Below, piece by piece: positions 36,812 through 45,825 of a stretch of DNA of 62,355 nucleotides. Below the pieces are notes generated by a model. That model saw only the letters and a program-made list of their open reading frames with translations. It searched no databases and was not told where the DNA came from. How positions within the stretch are numbered: the first letter of the stretch is position 1; each line of letters starts with the position of its first letter. The position numbers were made by a program, and so were the translations under genes. Origin of the DNA: an uncultured Tepidisphaeraceae bacterium. Its GTDB lineage: Bacteria > Planctomycetota > Phycisphaerae > Tepidisphaerales > Tepidisphaeraceae. The stretch covers positions 1 through 62,355 of the forward strand of contig CAZMXI010000004.1 in NCBI GenBank assembly GCA_964570205.1. Reading direction: 5' to 3'.

Positions 36812-37798
36812 GTGCAGGTTGACGATTCCGACCATCCCGATGCCATCATCACACCTCCTCCATCGCCGCCTGCATTGGCCACGCGCGGTTTGACCAAGAC
36901 CTATGGCACGCTGACGGCCCTGGATCGGCTCACGCTGGAACTGGACCCCGGCGATGTCTTCGGCTTCATCGGCCCCAACGGCGCCGGCAAATCCACCACG
37001 ATGAGAATCCTCGCCGGGTTGCTCAACCCCACCGCCGGCCGGGCGTTCGTCCTCGGCAAGGATGTCACGATCAACGGCGACTTCATCCGCCGTAATGTCG
37101 GCTATATGCCGGACACGTTCGGCGTCTACGACGACCTGAAGGTCTGTGAGTATCTGGAATTCTTCGCCGCGGCCTACGGGTTGCCTCGCTCCCAGCGGCA
37201 CAAGGTGGTCCATGATGTCCTGGAACTCACCGATCTGGTCTACAAGCGCGATGCCCTGGTTGATTCGCTCTCGCGCGGCATGCAGCAGCGCCTCGGGCTG
37301 GCCCGCGTCCTCGTGCATGACCCCCCCGTGCTCCTGCTGGATGAATCGGCCAGCGGCCTGGATCCGCGTGCCCGCATCGAAATACGTGAATTGCTCCGCG
37401 AACTCCAGCGCCTGGGCAAGACCATCCTGGTTTCCAGCCATATCCTCTCCGAGCTGGGCGAGTTCTGTAACAAGCTCGGCATCATCGAACGCGGCAGATT
37501 GGTCATCGCCGGCACCGTCGAAGACCTGATGGCCAAGGCGCGCGCTCACCCCGTAATCAGCGTACGCGTCGCCAATGACCAGAACCGGGCCATGGCCGCC
37601 CTCAAAACCGACCCGCGCATCCGCGACGTCGAATTGCTGGATGACGAATTGCGCGTCAGCCTGCACGATGCCTCCATGCACCACCATTTCATCGCCGAAT
37701 GCCTCATCGCCGCCGGCCTGCAGATCGACAGCATGGCGCCCCACCGGATGAAGCTGGAAGACGTCTTCCTCAGACTCACCAAGGGAATGGTGCAATAA
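36812..37798 (+). CDS. ABC transporter ATP-binding protein (ABC-2/NatA/GldA-like)
   Basis: 328 aa, GTG start 12 nt after the preceding stop. GPNGAGKSTT (Walker A), LSRGMQQRL (signature), VLLLDESASGLD (Walker B). Confidence 0.9.
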   Translation: MQVDDSDHPDAIITPPPSPPALATRGLTKTYGTLTALDRLTLELDPGDVFGFIGPNGAGKSTTMRILAGLLNPTAGRAFVLGKDVTINGDFIRRNVGYMPDTFGVYDDLKVCEYLEFFAAAYGLPRSQRHKVVHDVLELTDLVYKRDALVDSLSRGMQQRLGLARVLVHDPPVLLLDESASGLDPRARIEIRELLRELQRLGKTILVSSHILSELGEFCNKLGIIERGRLVIAGTVEDLMAKARAHPVISVRVANDQNRAMAALKTDPRIRDVELLDDELRVSLHDASMHHHFIAECLIAAGLQIDSMAPHRMKLEDVFLRLTKGMVQ

Positions 37799-37920
37799 CA
37801 TGCGACACCCTTCTTATCGTATTCCGCGCCGGATGCCCCCCAACCGATTGTGGACAACCCGTCACTTGCGCGCCTGAACATTGCTTTTCGGTGGACTTTC
37901 TCTAACGTGTTCCATCGTGG

Positions 37921-38802
37921 ATGGGAAAGCAGTTGATGGCGCCGTATCGGATGATCGCGATCGACCTGGATGGCACGCTCCTGGGCCCGGACGGCACGGT
38001 TTCGGCCAGGAACAGAGCGGCGGTTCGCAAAGCCCTTCGGGCAGGCTTGCTGGTTTGTTTTGCCACAGGCAGAAACTGGACCGAGAGCCAGACGGTGCTC
38101 GATGCCGTCGAGTATTACGGCACCGCGGTGTTTGTCGGCGGTGCCATGGTGGTCGATACGCTCGATGGGACGACTCTGCACCGCACCCGCATGCAGCCCG
38201 AACTGGCCCGCGAGGTCTGCAAGTTGTTCGAGTCGATGAACCACGCGGCCTTGGCGCTGCAGGACACGAATGAGGCCGGCTTTGATTATGTGATCACTGC
38301 GGGCGCTTCGCTGAATCAGGCCACAAGCCAGTGGATGGTCGCGACGACGGCCAAGGTGCAGCAAGTCACGAGCCTCGCGACCTGGTCGCACGGACATACG
38401 ATTCGCGTGGGCATCTGTGCCGAGCGGGAAGAGGTTGATCGTATCCGGCAGCTCGTAAAACAGACTTTCGGCGGCCGGGTGCTGGTTCAAAGCCTGTATG
38501 TTCCGGCCTATCAGGTCGAAGTGCTTGAGGTATTCGATCCGGCGGTGAATAAGTGGGAAGGCGTGTTGCATGTGGCCCGCAAGCACGGCATTGCCCCCGA
38601 GCAGATCGTCGCGATCGGCGATGACGTGAACGATGTGCCGATGGTTCGCGAGGCAGGCATGGGTGTGGCGATGGGCAACGCCAGGCCGGAAGTCAAAGCC
38701 GTCGCCAAGCGCGTGATCAAGAGCAACCAGGAAGATGGCCTTGCGGAGTTCCTTGAAGAACTGGTGGATCGGCACGTGGTCGAACCGGAGAATCCGGCCT
38801 GA
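37921..38802 (+). CDS. Cof-type HAD-IIB phosphatase
   Basis: 293 aa. MIAIDLDGTLL (motif I), ATGR, and GDDVNDVPMVREAG (motif IV). Confidence 0.9.
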   Translation: MGKQLMAPYRMIAIDLDGTLLGPDGTVSARNRAAVRKALRAGLLVCFATGRNWTESQTVLDAVEYYGTAVFVGGAMVVDTLDGTTLHRTRMQPELAREVCKLFESMNHAALALQDTNEAGFDYVITAGASLNQATSQWMVATTAKVQQVTSLATWSHGHTIRVGICAEREEVDRIRQLVKQTFGGRVLVQSLYVPAYQVEVLEVFDPAVNKWEGVLHVARKHGIAPEQIVAIGDDVNDVPMVREAGMGVAMGNARPEVKAVAKRVIKSNQEDGLAEFLEELVDRHVVEPENPA

Positions 38803-38900
38803 AATAGTACGGCTTCGGCCCGCCCAAACGAGATGACAACGCGACCACGGATCGGTCGGTCACAGAGCATGGACGATGCGAAAGGAGTCGCAGACGATAG

Positions 38901-38943
38901 CGGCCGGCGAGCAGATTTTTTGCTCGCCGGCCGTCGCTTTTTT
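38901..38943 (+). terminator. rho-independent terminator downstream of the HAD phosphatase gene
   Basis: Perfect 13-bp stem CGGCCGGCGAGCA / TGCTCGCCGGCCG, 7-nt loop, then TCGCTTTTTT. Confidence 0.7.
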
Positions 38944-39173
38944 GATATAGTAAGGATGGGTCCGTCCGATATCAGGTACAGAAGCCGCCTCAGCATGCGG
39001 GCAGTCGCAAGTGGCGGCGGCACGGACCGGGCCCTTAGGCCATATCTAAGCTCTTGTTAGGTCTGCGTTTGCGCCTTCGCGCAGACTTAACGGATTATGC
39101 CGCCAGCCTTCACGTCTGCTGGCTAGCATAAGGCATCAGGCATGCGACACGTCGCAGCCGGGAAAGGAAGCGC

Positions 39174-39977
39174 ATGGCAAGCCTGGCAGCACAACTCGAT
39201 TCATCCAACCGCAGGATTGACCTGCATTGCCATTCCATGGCCAGCGCCAACGACATGGAACGCGTGCTTCGCTTTAAGGAAAGCGTCAACTCTCCTGACG
39301 ATGTCTACATCCGCGCCAAGCGACGGGGCATGGATTTCGTCACCATCACCGACAAGGACTCGATCACTGTCGGGCTTCAGATGGCCCGGCGGCACGATTT
39401 CATCCTCGGCGAAGAGCTCACCTGCCGCTTCCTGGAAGATCGCACCAACGTCCGCGTCCTGATCTGGGGCATCAATCGCTCCGACCACGAAGCCCTCCAG
39501 GCCATCAGCCGGAACATCTACACTGTCGCCGAGTACCTGGCTCGCCAGCGCATTGCGCACGCGGTAGTGCAGCCGACCACCGAACGGCACAGCCGCCTCT
39601 CGCGGTGGCATGTCGAGAGGCTGATGATCCTCTTCAAGGGGTTCGAGATGATCAACAGCTCGATGGATGCCATGCACGATGACCCCTTCGCACCGGTGCT
39701 CAAGACCCTGGATGCCGAGGAACTGTCGCGCATTGCCGTCCGGCATGGTCTCAAGCCGCTCTGGCCGCAGTCGCACGTCAAGTCCCTCACCGGCGGCAGC
39801 AATGACCATGGCCTGACGCGCGTGGGAAGAATCTGGACGGAATTCCCGAACCATGCCCGCACCATCCCGGACATACTGGAATGCCTGCGCATCGGCATGT
39901 GCCGGCCGGGTTCTCTGACGCCCGAGCAGATCAACGCCGCCGACAGCATGCTCGAAATCGCAATGGAGAGCATGTAG
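39174..39977 (+). CDS. PHP-domain (polymerase/histidinol-phosphatase-like) protein
   Basis: 267 aa. RIDLHCHSMAS...GMDFVTITDKDSI...GGSNDHG. SD GGAAAGGAAG. Confidence 0.75.
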   Translation: MASLAAQLDSSNRRIDLHCHSMASANDMERVLRFKESVNSPDDVYIRAKRRGMDFVTITDKDSITVGLQMARRHDFILGEELTCRFLEDRTNVRVLIWGINRSDHEALQAISRNIYTVAEYLARQRIAHAVVQPTTERHSRLSRWHVERLMILFKGFEMINSSMDAMHDDPFAPVLKTLDAEELSRIAVRHGLKPLWPQSHVKSLTGGSNDHGLTRVGRIWTEFPNHARTIPDILECLRIGMCRPGSLTPEQINAADSMLEIAMESM

Positions 39978-40334
39978 GCCAATAGCCGTTGGCGTTGAAT
40001 CAGCAAACGATCAGGTTTCGCGCCTGGGCGATAGGCTGAACCGACCACGGAACTCGTGAATGCTTAGGTCGAAATCGGCCTAATCCTCGGTCTCGGCGTG
40101 ACCGACGACCCACTCATCGGCGGAAACATCGAAAGCCTTGTTCTTGGGCAGGTTCCGGAACACCAATGCGGGACCGGCCTACGCCTGCGCAATCGGAGGC
40201 GCCAGAGCGGCCAGAAGCCCCGTCGCGACAAGTCCGCAATATGCCCGTGCATCACTCACAGTGACCTTGCCCTCCCCAACATCCGCCCCACTCAGCAGCC
40301 CTTATGCCCAGGCGAGCCGACCACCTCCCGCCAA

Positions 40335-40820
40335 TTATCGCCTCGAACCGAACAGCTCAACCAAGCGGCGGGCGCGATACTGGAAGATGCCCGCCAGATT
40401 ACGCTGGACGAAGAGTGGATGAACGAACCAATCGCACGGCACGGCGTATTCAACCCGGTCCGTGCATAGGGTGCCACCGTCGCGTTCCTCGAAGCGGTGT
40501 TCGTGGACCCAGCGGCGATACGGCCCGCGAATCTGCTCATCGACGAAGCGATATGGCGGCTCCCATGCTTGGATGCGCGTCAGCCATCGCATGGGAAACC
40601 CGTGTAGACGGATTCGGTACTCGATCATCGTACCGGTCTGCATCTCGATCGGCGTGGGCGTCAGAATGCGAAAACGCAGGTACTCAGGAGTAAGCAGATT
40701 GAGGTTCTCGGCCGCGCCGAAAAACGCGAAAACCCGCTCCATCGGACGGGGCAGCCACACGGCAGCGCCAAGAGTTCTGCCCGTCGGACCAACAAGGAAC
40801 TCCAGGGCTGACTCGCTCAT
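40335..40820 (-). CDS. SRPBCC (START/cyclase-dehydrase) family protein
   Basis: 161 aa. LHGFPMRWLTRIQAWEPPYRFVDEQIRGPYRRWVHEHRFEE. ATGA overlap with the upstream redoxin gene. Confidence 0.85.
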   Translation of the reverse strand: MSESALEFLVGPTGRTLGAAVWLPRPMERVFAFFGAAENLNLLTPEYLRFRILTPTPIEMQTGTMIEYRIRLHGFPMRWLTRIQAWEPPYRFVDEQIRGPYRRWVHEHRFEERDGGTLCTDRVEYAVPCDWFVHPLFVQRNLAGIFQYRARRLVELFGSRR

Positions 40821-41353
40821 GATCTCGCCGCGATCCGGGTCATGCCGAGCAGATCGGGACGGTCGGCGGGCGATTGCGCCCGATGGCTGCGGACCACCCG
40901 ACGCCGATGCAGCAATAGCACGCCGGGCATCTGGAAGACATCACCATTGATCGCTCCGGCGCCATGCCCCCCTAGGATGCACGCTTGGAAGCCCTTTGCC
41001 AATGTCAGAGGATGCAGTACGTCTTTCAGCGTGCCCTTCGCCAGCCCCGCCGCCTGGTAAAGCCGCAGGGATGGATCGCTGATCCGTGAGACATCCGCCA
41101 GGCCATATCGGCCGAAGAATGCAGCCGCGCCCTCGTCCGTATCCTGGTGAACCAAGGCGATCCGCACGCCAGCCGCCTCAATGCTCTTCCTGTCTCCGGC
41201 CAGATCGGCCACCGCCTGCCGGCAGAATGTGCAGCCACTGTGCCGAAGGAAGACCACCATCAGGGGCGCATCATCGCACAACTCGGCGATGGAGCGCCCG
41301 CGTTGATCGATGGCCTCGTAAATGGCAGAGCACAGTTCCACGTCGTTGCTCAT
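40817..41353 (-). CDS. AhpC/TSA-like thioredoxin-fold (redoxin) protein
   Basis: Start moved to MSNDVELCSAIYE. PLMVVFLRHSGCTFCRQAVADL carries a CxxC motif. About 178 aa. Confidence 0.8.
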   Translation of the reverse strand: MSNDVELCSAIYEAIDQRGRSIAELCDDAPLMVVFLRHSGCTFCRQAVADLAGDRKSIEAAGVRIALVHQDTDEGAAAFFGRYGLADVSRISDPSLRLYQAAGLAKGTLKDVLHPLTLAKGFQACILGGHGAGAINGDVFQMPGVLLLHRRRVVRSHRAQSPADRPDLLGMTRIAARS

Positions 41354-41430
41354 GGCAATCCCATTGTAGCATCGATAAGCTGCTGGCATCGACCGGCGGA
41401 TGCCGGGCCAACCAGTCTGGAGCAGCGAAC

Positions 41431-43542
41431 ATGACCAAATGGGTGATTTGCGTGATGGTGTGGGCAACAACATGTTTTGCGGCGGCCCCCCAGCAGCGGC
41501 GGGCAACCATGAGCCTGGACGGCACCTGGCAGATCGCCCAGGGATCAATGGAACAGCGCCCGGCGGCGTTTGATGCCGCCGTTGCTGTACCGGGCCTGGT
41601 GGATATGGCAACGCCCGCATTTGCTGAGGTGGGCCGGAAGAGCGCGCTTCGCGAGGCGTTCTGGTACCGCCGAGTATTCAAGGTGGATCGCGATATTCCC
41701 GCCTTCGCGCACTTGATGATCCGCAAGGCACGCTATGGCACGAAGGTCTGGCTCAACGGCCAACTGGTGGGCGAGCATCTGCCCTGCTTCACGCCGGCCA
41801 TTCTCGATGTGAAGAAGCAGCTCAAGGGCGGCGGCCAGGAGAATGAACTGATCATCCGGGTGGGCGCCAACCGCGAATCCCTGCCCCAGGACATGCCCAC
41901 GGGCTGGGATTTTGAGAAGTACCTCTACATTCCTGGCATCTATGACAGCGTCGAGCTGATCCTGAGCGGAGCTCCGCGCATCGTCAACATTCAGACCGTG
42001 CCGGACATCCAGAAGGGTGTTGTCCGCATCGTGGCCGAAATCCAGGGAAATGACGCCGGCGGCGACAGCTTCTTCTGGGCGAGGATCCGCGAGGCTCGTA
42101 CGGGCAGGAACGTCATCGACTTCAACCGCGAGCCGATTCAGTTGACGGCCGGGCAGACCCAGAAGGTCGACTTCACGATGCCGATCCCCAACTGTCGCCT
42201 TTGGAGCCCGGACGATCCGTTCCTGTACGAATTGACGCTGAACACGACCGGCGACGAGGTGAAGGTGCGGTTTGGCATGCGGTCGTTCACGTTCGATCCC
42301 AGGACGAAGCTCGCCATGCTCAACGGCAAGCCGTACTACATGCGCGGGACGAATGTCACCGTCTATCGCTTCTTTGAAGATGCCGCCCGGGGCGATCGAC
42401 CCTGGCGGAAGGAGTGGGTGCAGCGACTTCACCGCAAGTACAAGGAGATGGACTGGCACGCTATTCGGTACTGCATCGGCTTCCCGCCGGATTTCTGGTA
42501 CGACATCGCCGATGAGGAGGGATTCCTGATCCAGGATGAATTCCCGATCTGGCTGCTGGACAAGGCGCCGGAGAACCCCATCGCCGGGAAGATCATCCCC
42601 GAGTACATCGAGTGGATGCGACATCGCTGGAATCACGCATCCGTGGTGATCTGGGATGGGCAGAACGAGAGCCGGACCGTGGAGACAGGCAAGGCGATAC
42701 GCGCGGTGCGGGACCTGGATCTGTCGAATCGCCCCTGGGAAAACGGCTGGGCGGAACCTGGGCAGCCGACTGATTTCGTCGAATCCCATCCATACTTGTT
42801 CATTCGCACGTGGTACAGCGATAAGCCGTTCCACATGACGGAAATCGAGGGGATGAGCGGCGAGCCGCACCTTCAGGATGCGCAGAAGAAGCTCCAGGTG
42901 GCGGTGATCATCAACGAATATGACTGGCTTTGGCTCACCCGCGACGGCAACCCGACGTGCCTGACCGACAAGATATACGACAGCCTGCTGGGGAAGAACT
43001 CGACGGTGGACCAGCGCCGCAAGCTGCACGCCCGATACGTGGCCGCCCTCACCGAATTCTGGCGGGCCCACCGCAAGGCGGCCGGCGTGCTTCACTTTTG
43101 CGGGTTGACGTATTCCCGCCCAGGCGACAAGCCTCGGCCGGAGGGCGGGGCCACCTGCGACGATTTCCTGGACATCGAGAAACTGATCTTCGAGCCCTAC
43201 TTCAAGGAGTACGTCGGTGAAGCGTTTAGTCCTGTGGGCATTATGCTGGACTTCTGGGCCGATAAGGCAGTCTCGGGGCAGAAGCGGCAGATCAACGTCT
43301 CTGTGATCAACGATTTGTCTCTGCGATGGGATGGCACAGTGACGCTGCGGCTACTCAGGGGCGACCGGGAAGTCGCCCAGCAGTCCCAGCCGTGTCGCGT
43401 TGATGCGCTGGGCCGGCAGCTTGTCTCGTTTGACCGGCAATTTCCGACCGAACCCGGCCAATACACCCTCGTTGCGGAGTTGAAGCATGGGGAGAAGCGT
43501 ATTCGCAGTCTTCGCGATTTCTCTGTGGAGCCCAAGCCATGA
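41431..43542 (+). CDS. glycoside hydrolase family 2 (secreted)
   Basis: Start MTKWVICVMVWATTCFAAAP (signal peptide). FWYRRVFKV, VWLNGQLVGEH, LWSPDDPFLYEL, MLNGKPYYMRGTN and IADEEGFLIQDEFP are the ordered GH2 domain hallmarks. Confidence 0.9.
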   Translation: MTKWVICVMVWATTCFAAAPQQRRATMSLDGTWQIAQGSMEQRPAAFDAAVAVPGLVDMATPAFAEVGRKSALREAFWYRRVFKVDRDIPAFAHLMIRKARYGTKVWLNGQLVGEHLPCFTPAILDVKKQLKGGGQENELIIRVGANRESLPQDMPTGWDFEKYLYIPGIYDSVELILSGAPRIVNIQTVPDIQKGVVRIVAEIQGNDAGGDSFFWARIREARTGRNVIDFNREPIQLTAGQTQKVDFTMPIPNCRLWSPDDPFLYELTLNTTGDEVKVRFGMRSFTFDPRTKLAMLNGKPYYMRGTNVTVYRFFEDAARGDRPWRKEWVQRLHRKYKEMDWHAIRYCIGFPPDFWYDIADEEGFLIQDEFPIWLLDKAPENPIAGKIIPEYIEWMRHRWNHASVVIWDGQNESRTVETGKAIRAVRDLDLSNRPWENGWAEPGQPTDFVESHPYLFIRTWYSDKPFHMTEIEGMSGEPHLQDAQKKLQVAVIINEYDWLWLTRDGNPTCLTDKIYDSLLGKNSTVDQRRKLHARYVAALTEFWRAHRKAAGVLHFCGLTYSRPGDKPRPEGGATCDDFLDIEKLIFEPYFKEYVGEAFSPVGIMLDFWADKAVSGQKRQINVSVINDLSLRWDGTVTLRLLRGDREVAQQSQPCRVDALGRQLVSFDRQFPTEPGQYTLVAELKHGEKRIRSLRDFSVEPKP

Positions 43543-44795
43543 CCCCTCGTGAACGACTTCAGGCGGCCTTGGATCATCGCCAGCCCGACCGAGTGCCGGT
43601 GGATTTCGGCTCAACGGCAGTCACCGGCATGCACGTGTCGGCCGTCACGCGCCTGCGCCGGGTGCTGCTTAAGGATGACAGCCATCGCGTCAAGGTGATC
43701 GAGCCATACCAGATGCTCGGCGAAGTGGATCAGGCGCTTCGCGACCAGCTCGGCATCGATGTGGTCGGCGTATTGGGGCGCAAGACGCTTTTCGGCTTTG
43801 AGAACCGCGACTGGAAGCCCTTCACGCTGTTCGACGGAACGCCAGTGCTCGTGCCGGGAGACTTTAACACCACCATTGACGCCAGCGGCGACCTGCTGAT
43901 CTATCCGGAAGGCGACACATCGGTCCCGCCCAGCGGCCGGATGCCCAAGGGCGGCTATTTCTTCGACTCGATCGTCCGCCAGGGAGCAATCGACGAGGAC
44001 AGGCTCGACCCGGCCGACAACCTGGAGGAATTTGCCCTGTTCGGCGAGCAGGACCTGGCCTATTACCGCCGGATCGCCGAATGGCTGGACCAGAACCGGC
44101 AGATGGGCGCGATGCTGAGCGTGCCGGGCACGGCCTTTGGCGACATTGCGCTCGTGCCCGCGCCGTGGATGAAGCACCCCAAGGGCATCCGAGACATCGA
44201 GGAGTGGTACATCTCGACTGTGGCGCGGAAGGACTACGTGCTGAAGGTGTTTGAGAAGCAGTGCGAGATCGCCCTGGCCAACCTGAAGATGCTGATCGGC
44301 ATCCTGGGCAACCGCGTGCAGGCTGCCTTCATCACCGGCACCGATTTCGGCACCCAGCGCGGGCCGTTCATCTCGGTGCAGGCTTATCGCGAGCTCTACA
44401 AGCCGTTCCACATCCAGGTGAACCGGTTCATCCACGAGAACAGCGCGTGGAAGACGTTCATCCATTCGTGCGGGTCGGTGTACCAGCTCATCCCGGAGTT
44501 CATCGAGGCGGGCTTCGACATCCTCAACCCCGTGCAATGCTCGGCCGCCGAGATGGATGCCAGGCGATTGAAGCGGGAATTCGGCCGCCAGATCACCTTC
44601 TGGGGCGGCGGCGTCGATACCCAGCAGACGATCGCCTTCGGCAAGCCTGACGAGGTCTATCGCGAGGTGCGCCAGCGCATCGAGATATTCAACGAAGGCG
44701 GTGGATTCGTCTTCGACGCCATCCACAACGTCCAGGGGAATACGCCGACGGAGAACATCCTGGCGATGTTCAAGGCCGTGAAGGAAAGCCGGTAG
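43539..44795 (+). CDS. uroporphyrinogen-decarboxylase-like (URO-D / MtaA-CmuA superfamily) protein
   Basis: 418 aa. ATGA overlap with the GH2 stop. RERLQAALDHRQPDRVPVDFG...FIHSCGSVYQLIPEFIEAGFDILNPVQ. Confidence 0.85.
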   Translation: MTPRERLQAALDHRQPDRVPVDFGSTAVTGMHVSAVTRLRRVLLKDDSHRVKVIEPYQMLGEVDQALRDQLGIDVVGVLGRKTLFGFENRDWKPFTLFDGTPVLVPGDFNTTIDASGDLLIYPEGDTSVPPSGRMPKGGYFFDSIVRQGAIDEDRLDPADNLEEFALFGEQDLAYYRRIAEWLDQNRQMGAMLSVPGTAFGDIALVPAPWMKHPKGIRDIEEWYISTVARKDYVLKVFEKQCEIALANLKMLIGILGNRVQAAFITGTDFGTQRGPFISVQAYRELYKPFHIQVNRFIHENSAWKTFIHSCGSVYQLIPEFIEAGFDILNPVQCSAAEMDARRLKREFGRQITFWGGGVDTQQTIAFGKPDEVYREVRQRIEIFNEGGGFVFDAIHNVQGNTPTENILAMFKAVKESR

Positions 44796-44798
44796 GCC

Positions 44799-45824
44799 TC
44801 AGGCGCGGCGGAACTTTTTGCCCAATGTGTCCATCAGCACCGCAATCAGCAGCGTGGCGCCGATCGCGAACTTGTTGTAATAGGCTGGCACCTCCAGCAG
44901 GTTCAGCGCGGTGATGATCATCGCCATCAGCACGCAGCCCAGGAAAGCGCCGAACACCGTTCCCTCGCCGCCCTTAAGGCTCGCCCCGCCGATGATGACC
45001 GCCGTGATGACCGTCAGCTCCATGCCCTCGCCGGTCGTCACGGAAGCCGAGCCGAACCGCGCCGTCATGACGATGCCCGCCAGCGCCGCCAGGAAGCCCG
45101 TCAGCGCGTAATTGAAGATCGTGATGCCCATCACGGGGATTCCCGACAGCATGGCGGCCTTCTCATTGCCGCCGATGTAGTAATTCTGCCTGAAGAAGCG
45201 GCTCGTGCGCAGGAGCACATCGCCCAGGATCACCAGCGCCACCGCGATGATGATCGGATACTGCACTTGAAGCAGGTTCCCCTGCCCGATCTGCTTGAAC
45301 GACTCCGGCAGGCCGCTGATGTTCTGCCCCTTGGTCACGATCAGCAGCGTGCCCCGCACGATGCTCATCATCGCCAGTGTCGTGATGAAGGCGTTGATGC
45401 CCACCTTCGCGATGATCACGCCATTGGCCACGCCGATGGCCGCCCCGATCGTCAGCCCCGCCGCAATGGCCGCCGGCACCGGCATCCCGCTCTTGATGAA
45501 CATGGCAGTGAAAGCGCCTGAGAACGCCGCCGTCGCTCCGACCGACAGATCGAATCCTCCCGAGACCAGCAGGATGGTCATGCCGATCGCCACGATCGAT
45601 TCGGTCGAGACCGCCAGCAGGATGGTCAGCATCGTGTCGAACGTCAGGAAATAAGGCGATGCGATCGTCAGCGCCACGCCGCCCGCCAGGATGATCGCCA
45701 GCAGCATCGCCTCGCGAATCCGCGCCAGCTTGCCCGCGGTCCCCACCATCCTGCGGGCGACCGGCTCGCGCCGCGGCATCGACGCATCATCAAGGGTATC
45801 CGGTTCCAACACGGTTTTGGCCAT
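44799..45824 (-). CDS. sugar ABC transporter permease (RbsC/AraH-like)
   Basis: 341 aa, about 9 TM helices, with the typical ribose-type permease pattern GGFDLSVGA...TGEGMEL. Confidence 0.9.
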   Translation of the reverse strand: MAKTVLEPDTLDDASMPRREPVARRMVGTAGKLARIREAMLLAIILAGGVALTIASPYFLTFDTMLTILLAVSTESIVAIGMTILLVSGGFDLSVGATAAFSGAFTAMFIKSGMPVPAAIAAGLTIGAAIGVANGVIIAKVGINAFITTLAMMSIVRGTLLIVTKGQNISGLPESFKQIGQGNLLQVQYPIIIAVALVILGDVLLRTSRFFRQNYYIGGNEKAAMLSGIPVMGITIFNYALTGFLAALAGIVMTARFGSASVTTGEGMELTVITAVIIGGASLKGGEGTVFGAFLGCVLMAMIITALNLLEVPAYYNKFAIGATLLIAVLMDTLGKKFRRA

Positions 45825-45825
45825 C

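Noticed and set aside
40080-40259. Minus-strand mini-ORF in the 357-nt convergent gap
   Set aside because: A signal-peptide-like segment (..AYCGLVATGLLAALAPPIAQA) is followed by an in-frame TAG (40179-40181) and then 32 more sense codons (AGPALVFRNLPKNKAFDVSADEWVVGHAETED). It needs a GTG start with no SD and an internal stop, and it matches no recognisable family. It could be a decayed small secreted-protein gene, but the evidence is too thin to call.
42447-42461. TGGCACG-N4-TTCG resembling a sigma-54 -24/-12 element
   Set aside because: It lies inside the GH2 coding sequence, the -12 element is imperfect (TTCG rather than TTGC), and no downstream gene start is nearby.
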